Shown here: one piece after another, positions 1-9,804 of the stretch
Numbering within the stretch: position 1 is the first letter of the stretch
Layout: every line of letters begins with the position of its first letter
Origin: Burkholderiales bacterium
Lineage (GTDB): Bacteria > Pseudomonadota > Gammaproteobacteria > Burkholderiales > JAHFRG01
Direction of reading: 5' to 3'
DNA length: 64,000 bases
Assembly: GCA_035624535.1 (NCBI GenBank)
Contig: DASPRI010000210.1
Location: forward strand, 354-64,353
Translations under genes and position numbers: made by a program
The notes under the pieces: generated by a model
What the model saw: only the letters and a program-made list of their open reading frames with translations
Database searches by the model: none
What the model was told of the DNA's origin: nothing

Positions 1-576
1 CGAGGGGCGGTTGATTTTGCGCGCATCATGGGTTTCGCAGACTATGATCCGGTGACGGTGGAGCAGCGCAGGATTTGGCAGAAGAAAAGCAGCGCGCTTT
101 CGGCTGCAAAAAGCAAAAGCCGTGTCCGAGACCTTATGAAGCGCTACGCGAAGTTCGCCAGAGGAACCGTGGGTGCGGTGGCATTGGACCAACGCGGTCA
201 TTTCGCTGCCGCGACATCGAGCGGTGGATTGACGCTGAAACTTCCGGGGCGAGTCGGCGACACTCCCTTGCCGGGAGCGGGAAACTATGCTACGCCTCTG
301 GGAGCTGCATCCGCGACCGGTCTGGGCGAGGTGGCGATGCGTTACCTGGTGACCAAATCAGTGTGCGATCTGCTGGCGCGCGGTAAAAACGCGCAGGAAG
401 CGGTGGATGAAGTCCTGCTGCTCGTCGCAGCGGAACCCGGCGCACACCTAGGAATCGTTGCGATTGACAGGGATGGCAATGTTGGCGCGGGACACCATAG
501 CCAAGCCTTGATGCCGCATGCTTGCCGCGTTTCCGGGGGAAGCAGAGCCGTTGTAAAAATGCAGGTCGAGCCCTGA
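1..576 (+). CDS. isoaspartyl peptidase / L-asparaginase (Ntn-hydrolase) family protein, 5'-truncated by the window edge
   Basis: Frame 1 is open from base 1. GTVGAVALD...SSGG...GRVGDTPLPGAG matches the autoprocessing Thr site and Gly-rich loop of the plant-type asparaginase family. Confidence 0.8.
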   Translation, partial: RGAVDFARIMGFADYDPVTVEQRRIWQKKSSALSAAKSKSRVRDLMKRYAKFARGTVGAVALDQRGHFAAATSSGGLTLKLPGRVGDTPLPGAGNYATPLGAASATGLGEVAMRYLVTKSVCDLLARGKNAQEAVDEVLLLVAAEPGAHLGIVAIDRDGNVGAGHHSQALMPHACRVSGGSRAVVKMQVEP

Positions 577-614
577 AACGTGTTCCTTTCCTTCAACAGC
601 AGTAATGATTCATT

Positions 615-1817
615 TTATTCGGGGTGTACTTTACGGATGCCAAAGCCGATGAGGCGGGCAGGAAAGATGCGCAAAAACGGCAGACGAAATAGCGCCGGTG
701 GTCTGAATGAAGCATCGGGATTCAATGCAGTTTTAATCACCCGGTTTTGAATGAAGGTCTGGAACGCCTGGATCACCCGGGTAGCAAGGTACCGCTGTTT
801 TTGTACATTGGCCAAATCGCTTTCACTGACCACTCCGCGCCGCAACGGAACTGTCAGCACATTCGCCGCAACCACCGCGTCCTGAATTGCGTAATTGATC
901 CCCACTCCACCTACCGGCGACATGACATGCGCCGCATCGCCGATAAACAGCAATCCGGGCTTATACCACTGTTTCAAGCAACTCGATTCTACCGACAGCG
1001 CTGAGATCTGCCCCCAATTTTGCACCGCAGACACGCGGTCGGCGAATTCCGGGGCGAGGGACGAGAGGGATTGGTGAAATTTCTCCATACCTTCCACGCG
1101 CAGCTGGTGATAACTCCCCTTCAAAATCACGTAGCCGAGCTGGTAATGATCTTCCCGCGGCAGAATCGCGAGCATATGCCCTTGCCCAATGCGTCCGCCA
1201 AAACCCATGGTATCGCCTGGCCTCTTTGGCAGCCTGAACCACAGCACATCCATCGGTGGGGAACTTTTTACCGGCTCCAGCCCGGCAAGTTTCCTGAGTC
1301 TGGAAAAACGGCCATCAGCCGCAACCGTGAGCAGCGCCCGCAACTCGAGTTCCTTCTGGTTTGAATCCCAATAGCGCACGCCGCGGCAAATCCCGTTTTC
1401 CGCGACTATTTCGAAGGCATGAGCTCCCATGAGCAGCCTGAAGTCAGGATGCTTTTGGGCCTCACCGATTATGAATTCAAGAAACCTTGCTTGCGGCATT
1501 AGCGTGATGTAGGGAAAACGTGTTTCAAGAAGGCTTAAATCCACCATAGTGAACGAACCGCTTTTGGTGCGCAGAGTCAGCTGCTGCAGCTTGGTGTGAG
1601 GCAGTTGCAGCAATGGGTCGGCAAGCCCGATTTCGTCCAAAATTTCCATGGCGGAAGGATGCAGAGTGTCGCCACGGAATTCCCGCTCGAAATCCTTGTT
1701 CCCTTCGAGCAAAGTGACCTGTATGCCTTTTCGTGCCAGCAGCAAAGATAAGCTCGCGCCGGCGGGGCCTGCCCCGACTACGCAGCACGTAGTCTGTTCA
1801 GTGGTTTCTGGAATCAT
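615..1817 (-). CDS. FAD-dependent monooxygenase (UbiH/VisC-like aromatic hydroxylase family)
   Basis: N-terminal GxGxxG (VVGAGPAGASLSLLLARKGIQVTLLEG) and C-terminal FIGDAAHVMSPVGGVGINYAIQDA FAD fingerprint. The start is taken at the Met just before the dinucleotide fold; the ORF is open to 1859. Confidence 0.8.
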   Translation of the reverse strand: MIPETTEQTTCCVVGAGPAGASLSLLLARKGIQVTLLEGNKDFEREFRGDTLHPSAMEILDEIGLADPLLQLPHTKLQQLTLRTKSGSFTMVDLSLLETRFPYITLMPQARFLEFIIGEAQKHPDFRLLMGAHAFEIVAENGICRGVRYWDSNQKELELRALLTVAADGRFSRLRKLAGLEPVKSSPPMDVLWFRLPKRPGDTMGFGGRIGQGHMLAILPREDHYQLGYVILKGSYHQLRVEGMEKFHQSLSSLAPEFADRVSAVQNWGQISALSVESSCLKQWYKPGLLFIGDAAHVMSPVGGVGINYAIQDAVVAANVLTVPLRRGVVSESDLANVQKQRYLATRVIQAFQTFIQNRVIKTALNPDASFRPPALFRLPFLRIFPARLIGFGIRKVHPE

Positions 1818-2228
1818 GAGGAAGGCAGGCCCCCAAGGCGCTCGGCACATTAAAATCAACTGACCGGGAGATTTTGAAATTTTTTAAGCAGAAGCGCTTG
1901 CAGCTTATTAGAAAACCCGGGGATTTATGAACGATGGCTGAATATTGCTTGCGTTTGATCATCCTGGATGAAATGATACATTTGGCGATGGCCCTGGTGT
2001 TATTAGGTCAGAAAGTGCCGTAGCCTCGGCAATTTCCACCAAGGCCGCGTACCGACCCTGACCGGGAGATGCCGCCAACGTAGCGCATGACTGCAGCATC
2101 AAATTGAGAATTCCCGGCCTCATTGCGATGCGTGAGCCTGGCCTTGCTTTTCCTCGAAGTGCTTATCCACTATGATGGCAAAAAAGGCCTGAAATTTGGG
2201 CCGCACAGTCCCACACTTCCGCTTAATT

Positions 2229-3557
2229 ATGCCGCTTAATACTCCCACCGATGCAATTGCATTCGTGCAATGGCTGCGGTCGGTTGCTCCTTACATACAT
2301 GCATTTAGGGGGCGCACTTTCGTCATCGCTTTCGGCGGCGAAGCAGTGAGCGATGGCGGATTCGTCGCGTTGACACATGATTTCAATCTGCTCTACAGCC
2401 TTGGTGTGCGCTTGGTGCTGGTACACGGAGCGCGCGCGCAAATCGAGGAAAGACTCAGCGCGCTGGGCCAGCCGAGTCGTTATGTCAAAGGATTGCGTGT
2501 TACCGACAATGTCGCCTTGCAATGCGCCAAGGAGGCGGTGGGTCGTATCCGTCTGGAAATAGAAGCGCTGCTGTCCACGGGCCTGCCGAATTCACCCATG
2601 GCGGGGGCGCAAATTCGCGTTGCCAGCGGCAATTTTGTAATCGCCCGACCTTTAGGCGTGATTGACGGAGTTGATCTGCAGCATACCGGAGAGGTCCGGA
2701 AGATTGATACCGCCGCAATTGAGAATCGCCTGAATGAGGGGGAGATGGTATTGCTTGCACCGCTGGGTTATTCCCCAACCGGCGAGATTTTCAATCTAGC
2801 CCTGGAAGACATTGCGACTCGCGCGGCAATTGCTTTGAAGGCAGACAAGCTGATATTTCTGATGGAAGAGATCGGGGCCACCGATGCCACAGGCAAGCTG
2901 CTCAACGAACTCACCGTTTCTGAGGCGGAAGAAATACTGTCCAAAAAGACCGGACTGTCAGGCGATGTCAGCCTATATCTTCCCTGTGCAGCGCGCGCCT
3001 GCCGCGAAGGGGTGGCGCGAGCGCACCTGGTTTCGCGCCATGTGGACGGAGCCGTGTTGCTCGAATTATTTACCCACGGCGGAATAGGTAGCATGGTGAC
3101 GCCGGCAGGACTCGAAAAGCTGCGCCAGGCGCAAATCGAGGATGTGGGGGGAATACTGGCGCTGATTGAGCCACTGGAAAACGAAGGCGTGCTCGTGAGG
3201 CGTCCGCGCGAGCTGCTGGAAATGGAGATGAACCGTTTCAGTGTCATTGAGCACGACGGCTTAATTGTCGCCTGCGCTGCGCTCTATCCTTTTCCACAGG
3301 AGGGCGCTGGAGAACTGGCCTGCCTGGTCGTGCAAGAGGATTACCGCAATCAGAGCTACGGCGATACCCTACTCAAGTCCGTCGAAAAACAGGCGGCCGC
3401 CAGCGGGATGCGCAAGCTGTTTGTGCTTACCACACGGGCTGCGCACTGGTTTATCGAACGCGGCTTCAAGGAGGGGACAGTGGAACAGCTGCCTGAGCAG
3501 AAGCAGGTGCTTTACAATTACCAGCGTCGTTCGAAGGTATTTGTGAAAAGGCTTTGA
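2229..3557 (+). CDS. argA: amino-acid N-acetyltransferase (N-acetylglutamate synthase)
   Basis: Amino-acid-kinase domain (FRGRTFVIAFGGEAV, LVLVHGA) followed by a C-terminal GNAT domain. Length and N-terminus are typical of ArgA. Confidence 0.9.
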   Translation: MPLNTPTDAIAFVQWLRSVAPYIHAFRGRTFVIAFGGEAVSDGGFVALTHDFNLLYSLGVRLVLVHGARAQIEERLSALGQPSRYVKGLRVTDNVALQCAKEAVGRIRLEIEALLSTGLPNSPMAGAQIRVASGNFVIARPLGVIDGVDLQHTGEVRKIDTAAIENRLNEGEMVLLAPLGYSPTGEIFNLALEDIATRAAIALKADKLIFLMEEIGATDATGKLLNELTVSEAEEILSKKTGLSGDVSLYLPCAARACREGVARAHLVSRHVDGAVLLELFTHGGIGSMVTPAGLEKLRQAQIEDVGGILALIEPLENEGVLVRRPRELLEMEMNRFSVIEHDGLIVACAALYPFPQEGAGELACLVVQEDYRNQSYGDTLLKSVEKQAAASGMRKLFVLTTRAAHWFIERGFKEGTVEQLPEQKQVLYNYQRRSKVFVKRL

Positions 3558-3609
3558 AAAAAGTGAATTGCATTTGCTGCATTTAAATTATTTTGAAAAC
3601 ATTTGAGTC

Positions 3610-6423
3610 GTGAAACGCTTTTGGCAAACTAAATCATTGCGCGCGAAGCTGGTGCTAATCAGCGTGCTGGTGGAAGTAGTGATGCTGACGCTGCTGGTGG
3701 CCAACAGCGTTTGGCTGATCGATAGCGCACTGGATGAGCAGGTGAGAGAGCGGTTGAAGTTGCTCTCACCGCTACTCACGGCTTCTCTCGCCGTACCGCT
3801 TTCACAAGGGAATGAGGCCTTAATCAGACAAAATCTTGCCAGCATCCAAGACAAAGAAGAACTCAGTTATGCCCTGCTTTACGACCACGAAGGGAAACTG
3901 CTCGCCGGGGACGGACACCGCGTGTCGGCAGCCGACCCGCGCAAGGTATTCGAAACCTGGATTCCCATAGAGCGGGAGGGCAAGACCTACGGCAGTTTGC
4001 GATTGGGCATCTCCACTGCTTTCCTGGACGTGACCAGGAATAAACTATTCTGGGAAAGCATGGTCATCGCCGCGGGCGAGGTGGCGTTATCTTTGCTGTT
4101 GTTCCTCGCGTTGGGCTACCGGCTCGCCAAGCATCTGGGGGAGCTTGCAGAGGCGGGGCGCGCCATGGCCAACGGCAATTACGCCGTGCGGGTAGCGGTG
4201 AATTCTGCCGACGAAGTGGGCAAACTCACCACAAGCTTCAACGCCATGGCGGAAGCGGTGCAGAATCAGGTTAAATCCTTGCGTGAGGGGGAGGCAAAGT
4301 TTCGTGCCATTGCAAACTATAGCCATGACTGGGAACTTTGGGCCGACCCTGCAGGCAAAGTGATCTGGGTCAATCCTTCGGTGCAGCGCCTGACCGGTTA
4401 TTCTCCGAAAGAATGTTTGGAAATGAAAGATTTTCCGGCAGCGATTATTGAGTCGGAAGACAAACAGCGCTTTGCCGATTTATCCCGGCAAATTGCCCAG
4501 AGCGCCAGAGGCAGCGGTATTGAATTCCGCGTGCGGCGCAAGGATGGTTCGAGCTTCTGGGCGGCGGCGACCTGGCAACCGATTTATGGCAGCCAAAACG
4601 ATTACCTTGGGGTGCGCTGCAGTATTCGAGACATTACCGAGCGCAAGAACGAAGAATTCAATTTGCAGGCAACGATTAAACAACTCGAGCTTGCGCAAGG
4701 CAACCAACGTGAGGATTTTGCAAAAGCGCAGGAAGAACGGTCGCGGTTTATGTCCCTGCTCAAAGCGATGGACATGGGAATCTTGTTTCTCGCCAAGGAC
4801 GAGGTGGTTTACTGCAACCCGACATTGACGCACGTTTGGGGTTTCAGCCAGGACCTGCATCTGCAAGGCCTGAATACCGAGAGCATGCTGGCTACGGTGA
4901 GCAAGCAGGTCGCTCGCCCGCAAGAATATGTGCAGCATGTGATGGAGGTACTCGCCAGCGACGAAAATTCCAAGGATTATGAATTCACCCTGGCCGACGG
5001 CCGTATGCTGCTGGAGACTACCTATCTAGCGCGGGGGGATGACGGCCAGGTTCTAGGCAGACTTTGGGTCTACAAGGACATTACTCAGGAGCGGCGCGAC
5101 GCGGAGCAGCTAATTTATCTGGCAGAGCGCGATGCGCTGACCGGCTTGTATAACCGCCATCGCTTCCAGCAAGAGCTCGGGCGCATGATCGCGGAGGCAC
5201 AACGTCATGGTTCGGCTTTAGGACTGCTGTTCTTCGATCTGGACGAATTCAAACACATCAACGATACGTATGGACATCGCGCCGGTGACGCGATACTCAT
5301 TCGCGTTGCCGGAGAAGTAAACGCCCAGGTGCGGCGCAACGAAATCTTCAGCCGCCTGGGAGGAGACGAGTTTGCAATCTTGGTCCCGGATGTGGTCGAA
5401 GACGAGCTACGCGTAGTGGCTGAGCGGATTGTGCATTCCATATCCCAAATCCGATTCCAATTCGAAGGTCAAAACCTGCGCCTGAGCACCAGTCTGGGTA
5501 TCGCGATGTTCCCCGAGCACTCTGCAAATGCCGAAGAACTAATGGCTCGCGCCGACGCCGCGATGTACCTTGCTAAGGAGTCTGGCAAAAATGCCTGGCG
5601 CGTCTACCGCGCTGACAGCGAAAGCTCGCGGCAAATGTTGTCGCGCTTGGCTTGGAACGAGCGCATCCGCAAGGCCTTGCATGATGGCCTGATGTACCTG
5701 GATTTTCAGGGCGTATTTCGGGTGGCCGACGGCGGGCGTTCGCACGTCGAAACCCTGGTGCGAATGAAGGACGAATCGGGCGGCGTGGTGATGCCCGCCG
5801 CGTTCATTCCCCTCGCGGAGAAAAGTGACATCATTTTGGAAATCGACCGCTGGGTAATCCACAAGGCCATTACACTGCTTGCGAGTTCGCCGAATATGCC
5901 AAGCATCGCAGTGAATGTCTCGGGGAGGTCGTTAGCGGGATTGGAATTACCGATCTACATCAGCGACGCGCTGCGCAGGCTTGGCGTCGAGCCGCGCCGA
6001 CTGATGGCCGAGATAACCGAGGCATCTGCGGTCGCGGATTTGCATGATGCGCAACGCTTCATCCAAGCCCTGCATCAGACAGGATGCATAGTTTGCCTTG
6101 ATGATTTCGGAAGCGGCTTTTCTTCTTTTGCCTACCTGAAGCATTTGGACGTCGACATAGTGAAAATAGACGGCCTATTTGTCCGCAATTTGCCCAATGA
6201 TCAGGACAACCAGATATTCGTCAAGGCCATTGTTGATGTGGCGCGCGGCATGCGCAAGACCACAGTGGCCGAATCGGTGGAAGACCTTAAGACTCTGGAG
6301 ATATTAAAAGGCTTTGCCGTAGATATGGTGCAGGGATATTATCTTGAAACTCCGCACTCCAACATTGCGGCTTTAGAAAATGCGCAGCGGGATTGGCGAG
6401 CAGTCAAAAGCCGCGGGGAATGA
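3610..6423 (+). CDS. membrane sensor HAMP-PAS-PAS-GGDEF-EAL protein (c-di-GMP turnover)
   Basis: N-terminal TM segment and a periplasmic-like loop, a HAMP segment ([14 protein letters not shown]), PAS blocks, an intact GGDEF ([10 protein letters not shown]) and an EAL domain (ETLVR...[14 protein letters not shown]). GTG start. Confidence 0.9.
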   Translation: MKRFWQTKSLRAKLVLISVLVEVVMLTLLVANSVWLIDSALDEQVRERLKLLSPLLTASLAVPLSQGNEALIRQNLASIQDKEELSYALLYDHEGKLLAGDGHRVSAADPRKVFETWIPIEREGKTYGSLRLGISTAFLDVTRNKLFWESMVIAAGEVALSLLLFLALGYRLAKHLGELAEAGRAMANGNYAVRVAVNSADEVGKLTTSFNAMAEAVQNQVKSLREGEAKFRAIANYSHDWELWADPAGKVIWVNPSVQRLTGYSPKECLEMKDFPAAIIESEDKQRFADLSRQIAQSARGSGIEFRVRRKDGSSFWAAATWQPIYGSQNDYLGVRCSIRDITERKNEEFNLQATIKQLELAQGNQREDFAKAQEERSRFMSLLKAMDMGILFLAKDEVVYCNPTLTHVWGFSQDLHLQGLNTESMLATVSKQVARPQEYVQHVMEVLASDENSKDYEFTLADGRMLLETTYLARGDDGQVLGRLWVYKDITQERRDAEQLIYLAERDALTGLYNRHRFQQELGRMIAEAQRHGSALGLLFFDLDEFKHINDTYGHRAGDAILIRVAGEVNAQVRRNEIFSRLGGDEFAILVPDVVEDELRVVAERIVHSISQIRFQFEGQNLRLSTSLGIAMFPEHSANAEELMARADAAMYLAKESGKNAWRVYRADSESSRQMLSRLAWNERIRKALHDGLMYLDFQGVFRVADGGRSHVETLVRMKDESGGVVMPAAFIPLAEKSDIILEIDRWVIHKAITLLASSPNMPSIAVNVSGRSLAGLELPIYISDALRRLGVEPRRLMAEITEASAVADLHDAQRFIQALHQTGCIVCLDDFGSGFSSFAYLKHLDVDIVKIDGLFVRNLPNDQDNQIFVKAIVDVARGMRKTTVAESVEDLKTLEILKGFAVDMVQGYYLETPHSNIAALENAQRDWRAVKSRGE

Positions 6424-6424
6424 C

Positions 6425-6703
6425 ATGGCAAGAATGGTGAATTGCGTGAAACTCGGACGCGAGGCCGAGGGTCTGGACTTCCCGCCATATCCGGGGGAGC
6501 TGGGCAAGCGCATCTTTGAGAATGTCTCAAAAGAGGCGTGGAAGGCCTGGCTGGAACATCAGAAAATGCTGGTCAACGAAAACCGGCTGAACCTGGCGGA
6601 TGCCAAGGCGAGGAAATATCTCGCGGAGCAAATGGAAAAACATTTCTTTGGGACAGGCGCCGATGTTGCCGCGGGTTATGTGCCGCCCGGCCGAAGCAAA
6701 TGA
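6425..6703 (+). CDS. yggX: oxidative-damage protection / Fe(2+)-trafficking protein YggX
   Basis: [39 protein letters not shown]...LVNE is the YggX signature. The ATG lies 2 nt after the upstream stop. Confidence 0.9.
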   Translation: MARMVNCVKLGREAEGLDFPPYPGELGKRIFENVSKEAWKAWLEHQKMLVNENRLNLADAKARKYLAEQMEKHFFGTGADVAAGYVPPGRSK

Positions 6704-6708
6704 GGCGT

Positions 6709-7365
6709 TCAGGTATAGGTTTTGACTCCGTCCGCGCCGCTGAGCAGTAAAACATCAGCCGGTCGCTTGGCGAAAATCCCGTTGCACACCATTCCGGTGA
6801 TCTGATTAAGCTTGGATTCGAGCTCCACCGGATTGAGAATCTGCATGCCGTGCACGTCAAGAATAATGTTGCCGTTGTCGGTAGTGAAGCCCATGCGCAG
6901 CTCTGGAAACCCGCCCATTTTGACCAGCTCGCGCGCGACATACCCGCGTGCCAGCGGAATCACTTCTACCGGCAGGGGAAACTTGCCGAGTACATCGACC
7001 AGCTTGCTTTGGTCAGCGATGCACACGAACTTGCGTGCTACTGCGGCCACGATTTTCTCCCGCGTCAGCGCACCGCCCCCTCCCTTGATCATGTGCAGAT
7101 GCCGGGTGATTTCGTCCGCGCCGTCCACATAAACCGCAAGCTCGTTGACACTGTTCAAATCCAGCACCGGAATGCCGAGGCTTTTCAATCGCTGCGCAGT
7201 GGCTACGGAACTCGCCACCGCACCTTCGAGCTTGTGCTTGATCTTGGCGAGCTCGGCGATGAAATAATCTGCGGTGGAGCCGCTGCCGACGCCGATGGTG
7301 CAGCCATCCGGAACATATCGAATGGCGGCGCGCGCTGCGGCCTGCTTCAGTTCATCCTGGGTCAT
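6709..7365 (-). CDS. rpiA: ribose-5-phosphate isomerase A
   Basis: [13 protein letters not shown] and [11 protein letters not shown] motifs. 218 aa. Confidence 0.95.
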   Translation of the reverse strand: MTQDELKQAAARAAIRYVPDGCTIGVGSGSTADYFIAELAKIKHKLEGAVASSVATAQRLKSLGIPVLDLNSVNELAVYVDGADEITRHLHMIKGGGGALTREKIVAAVARKFVCIADQSKLVDVLGKFPLPVEVIPLARGYVARELVKMGGFPELRMGFTTDNGNIILDVHGMQILNPVELESKLNQITGMVCNGIFAKRPADVLLLSGADGVKTYT

Positions 7366-7509
7366 CGGTGCTCATGCCTCATGATCAGCTTGCTTTAAAT
7401 TATTATAAGCCGGCTATTGCTCGATTGGGCGCCCTCAATCGTCCGGCGCCCACTTCTGGTTTGCCTTCAATCCTGATACGCTTTCGGTTTGTTGATTGGT
7501 TCGATGGCA

Positions 7510-9021
7510 ATGCACAAGGATTATCTGGAAAAAATTCTCGCTTCCCGGGTCTATGAAGTCGCGCAGGAGACGCCGCTCGAACTCGCGCCCAATCTCTCGG
7601 CGCGAATTCATAACCGCTTGCTGCTCAAGCGCGAGGATGTGCAGCAAGTGTTCTCCTTCAAGCTGCGCGGTGCCTACAATAAAATGGCGCAGTTGCCGAA
7701 AGCCGTATTAAAGCGCGGTGTGATTGCAGCTTCAGCAGGCAACCATGCGCAGGGCGTGGCGCTTGCCGCGCAGCGCCTCGGCTGCAAGGCGGTTATCATC
7801 ATGCCGGCAACCACGCCCCATATCAAGGTGCAGGCGGTGGCGGCGCGCGGTGCCGAGGTGGTATTGCACGGTGATTCCTACGATGAGGCCTATTCCCATG
7901 CGCGCAAGCTGGAAAAGGCACGCGGGCTCACATTTGTGCATCCCTACGATGATCCGGATGTGATTGCCGGACAAGGCACCATAGGCATGGAAATTCTGCG
8001 CCAGTGGACGCGTCCGATTTACGGCATTTTTGTCGCAGTCGGGGGAGGCGGGTTGATTTCAGGAATCGCGGCATACGTCAAACGGCTGCGGCCGGAAATC
8101 AAAATCATCGGCGTGCAACCGGCGGATGCCGACGCGATGGCGCGTTCCTTAAAAGCCGGCAGGCGCGTGAAACTGAGCCAGGTCGGCTTATTTGCGGATG
8201 GCGTCGCGGTCAAGGAGGTGGGAAGTGAAACCTTCCGCCTGTGTCAGAAATATGTTGATGAAATGGTACTGGTGGACACCGACGCGGTATGCGCCGCGAT
8301 CAAGGACGTGTTCGAAGACACGCGCAGCATACTTGAGCCTGCAGGCGCGCTGGCGATTGCCGGCGCCAAGGGATATGCCGAACGCAAGAAGCTGAAGGAC
8401 AAAACGCTGGTTGCAGTGGCTTGTGGTGCTAATATGAATTTCGACCGGCTGCGTTTCGTCGCGGAGAACGCGGAGCTTGGCGAGAAACGCGAAGCCATCC
8501 TTGCGGTAACTATTCCTGAGCGGCCCGGAAGCTTCAAGCAGTTTTGCTCGCTGCTGGGCAAGCGCAATATCACTGAATTCAACTACCGCATGGCCGACCC
8601 AAAGGAAGCGCACATCTTTGTCGGCATTCAAGTGCACGATAGCGACGAGACCGCGAAACTGGTCGCCATGCTAGAGCGGCATAACTTGCGCACCCTGGAT
8701 TTTTCTGACAACGAAATGGCCAAGCTGCATGTTCGCCATCTTGTCGGTGGACACGCATCGCTGGCAGACAATGAGTTGCTTTACCGGTTCGAGTTTCCGG
8801 AACGGCCTGGGGCACTGATGAAGTTCCTGAACAGCATGCGTTCCGACTGGAACATCAGCTTGTTTCATTACCGCAATCACGGCGCCGATTACGGGCGCGT
8901 TCTGGTGGGAATGCAAGTGCCGCCGCAAGAGATGGCGGAATTCCGCCGCTTTCTCGGCAAGCTCGGTTACGCCTATTGGGACGAATCCAGAAATCCGGCG
9001 TACAAATTGTTCCTGAGCTAA
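7510..9021 (+). CDS. ilvA: biosynthetic threonine ammonia-lyase (threonine dehydratase) with two C-terminal ACT-like regulatory domains
   Basis: PLP-Lys motif SFKLRGAYN, GGGGLISG, and a duplicated C-terminal regulatory domain. The start could also be 7504 or 7489. Confidence 0.93.
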   Translation: MHKDYLEKILASRVYEVAQETPLELAPNLSARIHNRLLLKREDVQQVFSFKLRGAYNKMAQLPKAVLKRGVIAASAGNHAQGVALAAQRLGCKAVIIMPATTPHIKVQAVAARGAEVVLHGDSYDEAYSHARKLEKARGLTFVHPYDDPDVIAGQGTIGMEILRQWTRPIYGIFVAVGGGGLISGIAAYVKRLRPEIKIIGVQPADADAMARSLKAGRRVKLSQVGLFADGVAVKEVGSETFRLCQKYVDEMVLVDTDAVCAAIKDVFEDTRSILEPAGALAIAGAKGYAERKKLKDKTLVAVACGANMNFDRLRFVAENAELGEKREAILAVTIPERPGSFKQFCSLLGKRNITEFNYRMADPKEAHIFVGIQVHDSDETAKLVAMLERHNLRTLDFSDNEMAKLHVRHLVGGHASLADNELLYRFEFPERPGALMKFLNSMRSDWNISLFHYRNHGADYGRVLVGMQVPPQEMAEFRRFLGKLGYAYWDESRNPAYKLFLS

Positions 9022-9030
9022 AAATCCGTT

Positions 9031-9723
9031 CTAATCCTTTTTGCCGCCGAAATAATCAGGGCTAATTTCCTTGGCGTAGCAAGGAGGCGAGCTGTATTGA
9101 CCGGGCTCGGAATTTTGACCGTGGCGACTGAGCAATTCAATTTTGCCGTCGCTTCGCTCGTAGACCCCGCGCTCGGTGACAATGTAATCCATCTGTATGT
9201 CGTAAGACTGCGGCTCAATCGTTGGTATCCTGGCAAGCTCGTAGGTGACCCCGATGATACAAGGATGTTTTTTCAAGCTGGCCAAGGTGCGGTCAAAATA
9301 ACCGCCGCCGTAGCCGAGGCGATGGCCGTGTTCGTCAAATCCGTTCATCGGCACCAATATGGTATCGGGAGCCAATTCAGCAGATTCCACCGGAAATGGA
9401 ATGTCGTATACGCCTTTGGCGGTCTTTACTCCGGGATGCCATTCGCGAAATATCATCGGCGTTTTCGGGGCCACCACGACCGGCAATGCGGTAAGTGCGC
9501 CGCGCTTTCGCAATTCACGCATCAGGAAACGCGCATCAAATTCGTTCCGGTGCGGCCAGCAGAATGCGACCACGCCTTTCGCCAAATTCGGAAACGCGCA
9601 CAGCAAGTGTTCGCCGATAGCTTCGTTCCAAGAGGCGCGGTCCTCAGGACTCACAGCCAAGCGCCTGGCGATCAGTTCGGCGCGCAATTGCTTGCGCCAG
9701 GCTTTGAGTTGTGCGTCATCCAT
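9031..9723 (-). CDS. 5-formyltetrahydrofolate cyclo-ligase
   Basis: The 5-FCL pattern (LR..L...R, FCWPHRNEFD, VPMNGFDEHGHRLGYGGGYFDR) starts at Met131 of the long ORF. It carries a C-terminal extension of about 45 aa. Confidence 0.85.
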   Translation of the reverse strand: MDDAQLKAWRKQLRAELIARRLAVSPEDRASWNEAIGEHLLCAFPNLAKGVVAFCWPHRNEFDARFLMRELRKRGALTALPVVVAPKTPMIFREWHPGVKTAKGVYDIPFPVESAELAPDTILVPMNGFDEHGHRLGYGGGYFDRTLASLKKHPCIIGVTYELARIPTIEPQSYDIQMDYIVTERGVYERSDGKIELLSRHGQNSEPGQYSSPPCYAKEISPDYFGGKKD

Positions 9724-9804
9724 CGGGCATTCCCTGCAATCCGTCCTGTTAGAAAAACGAGGCTGTGGTATCCTTAACCATCTGATACTCGGAATATAAC
9801 AGGA

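Noticed and set aside
9724-9804. 6S RNA (ssrS), which by recollection often lies immediately upstream of the 5-formyl-THF cyclo-ligase gene
   Set aside because: Only about 80 nt separate the 5-FCL start from the divergent slt start, whose signal peptide begins at the first codon. That is too short for an RNA of about 180 nt.
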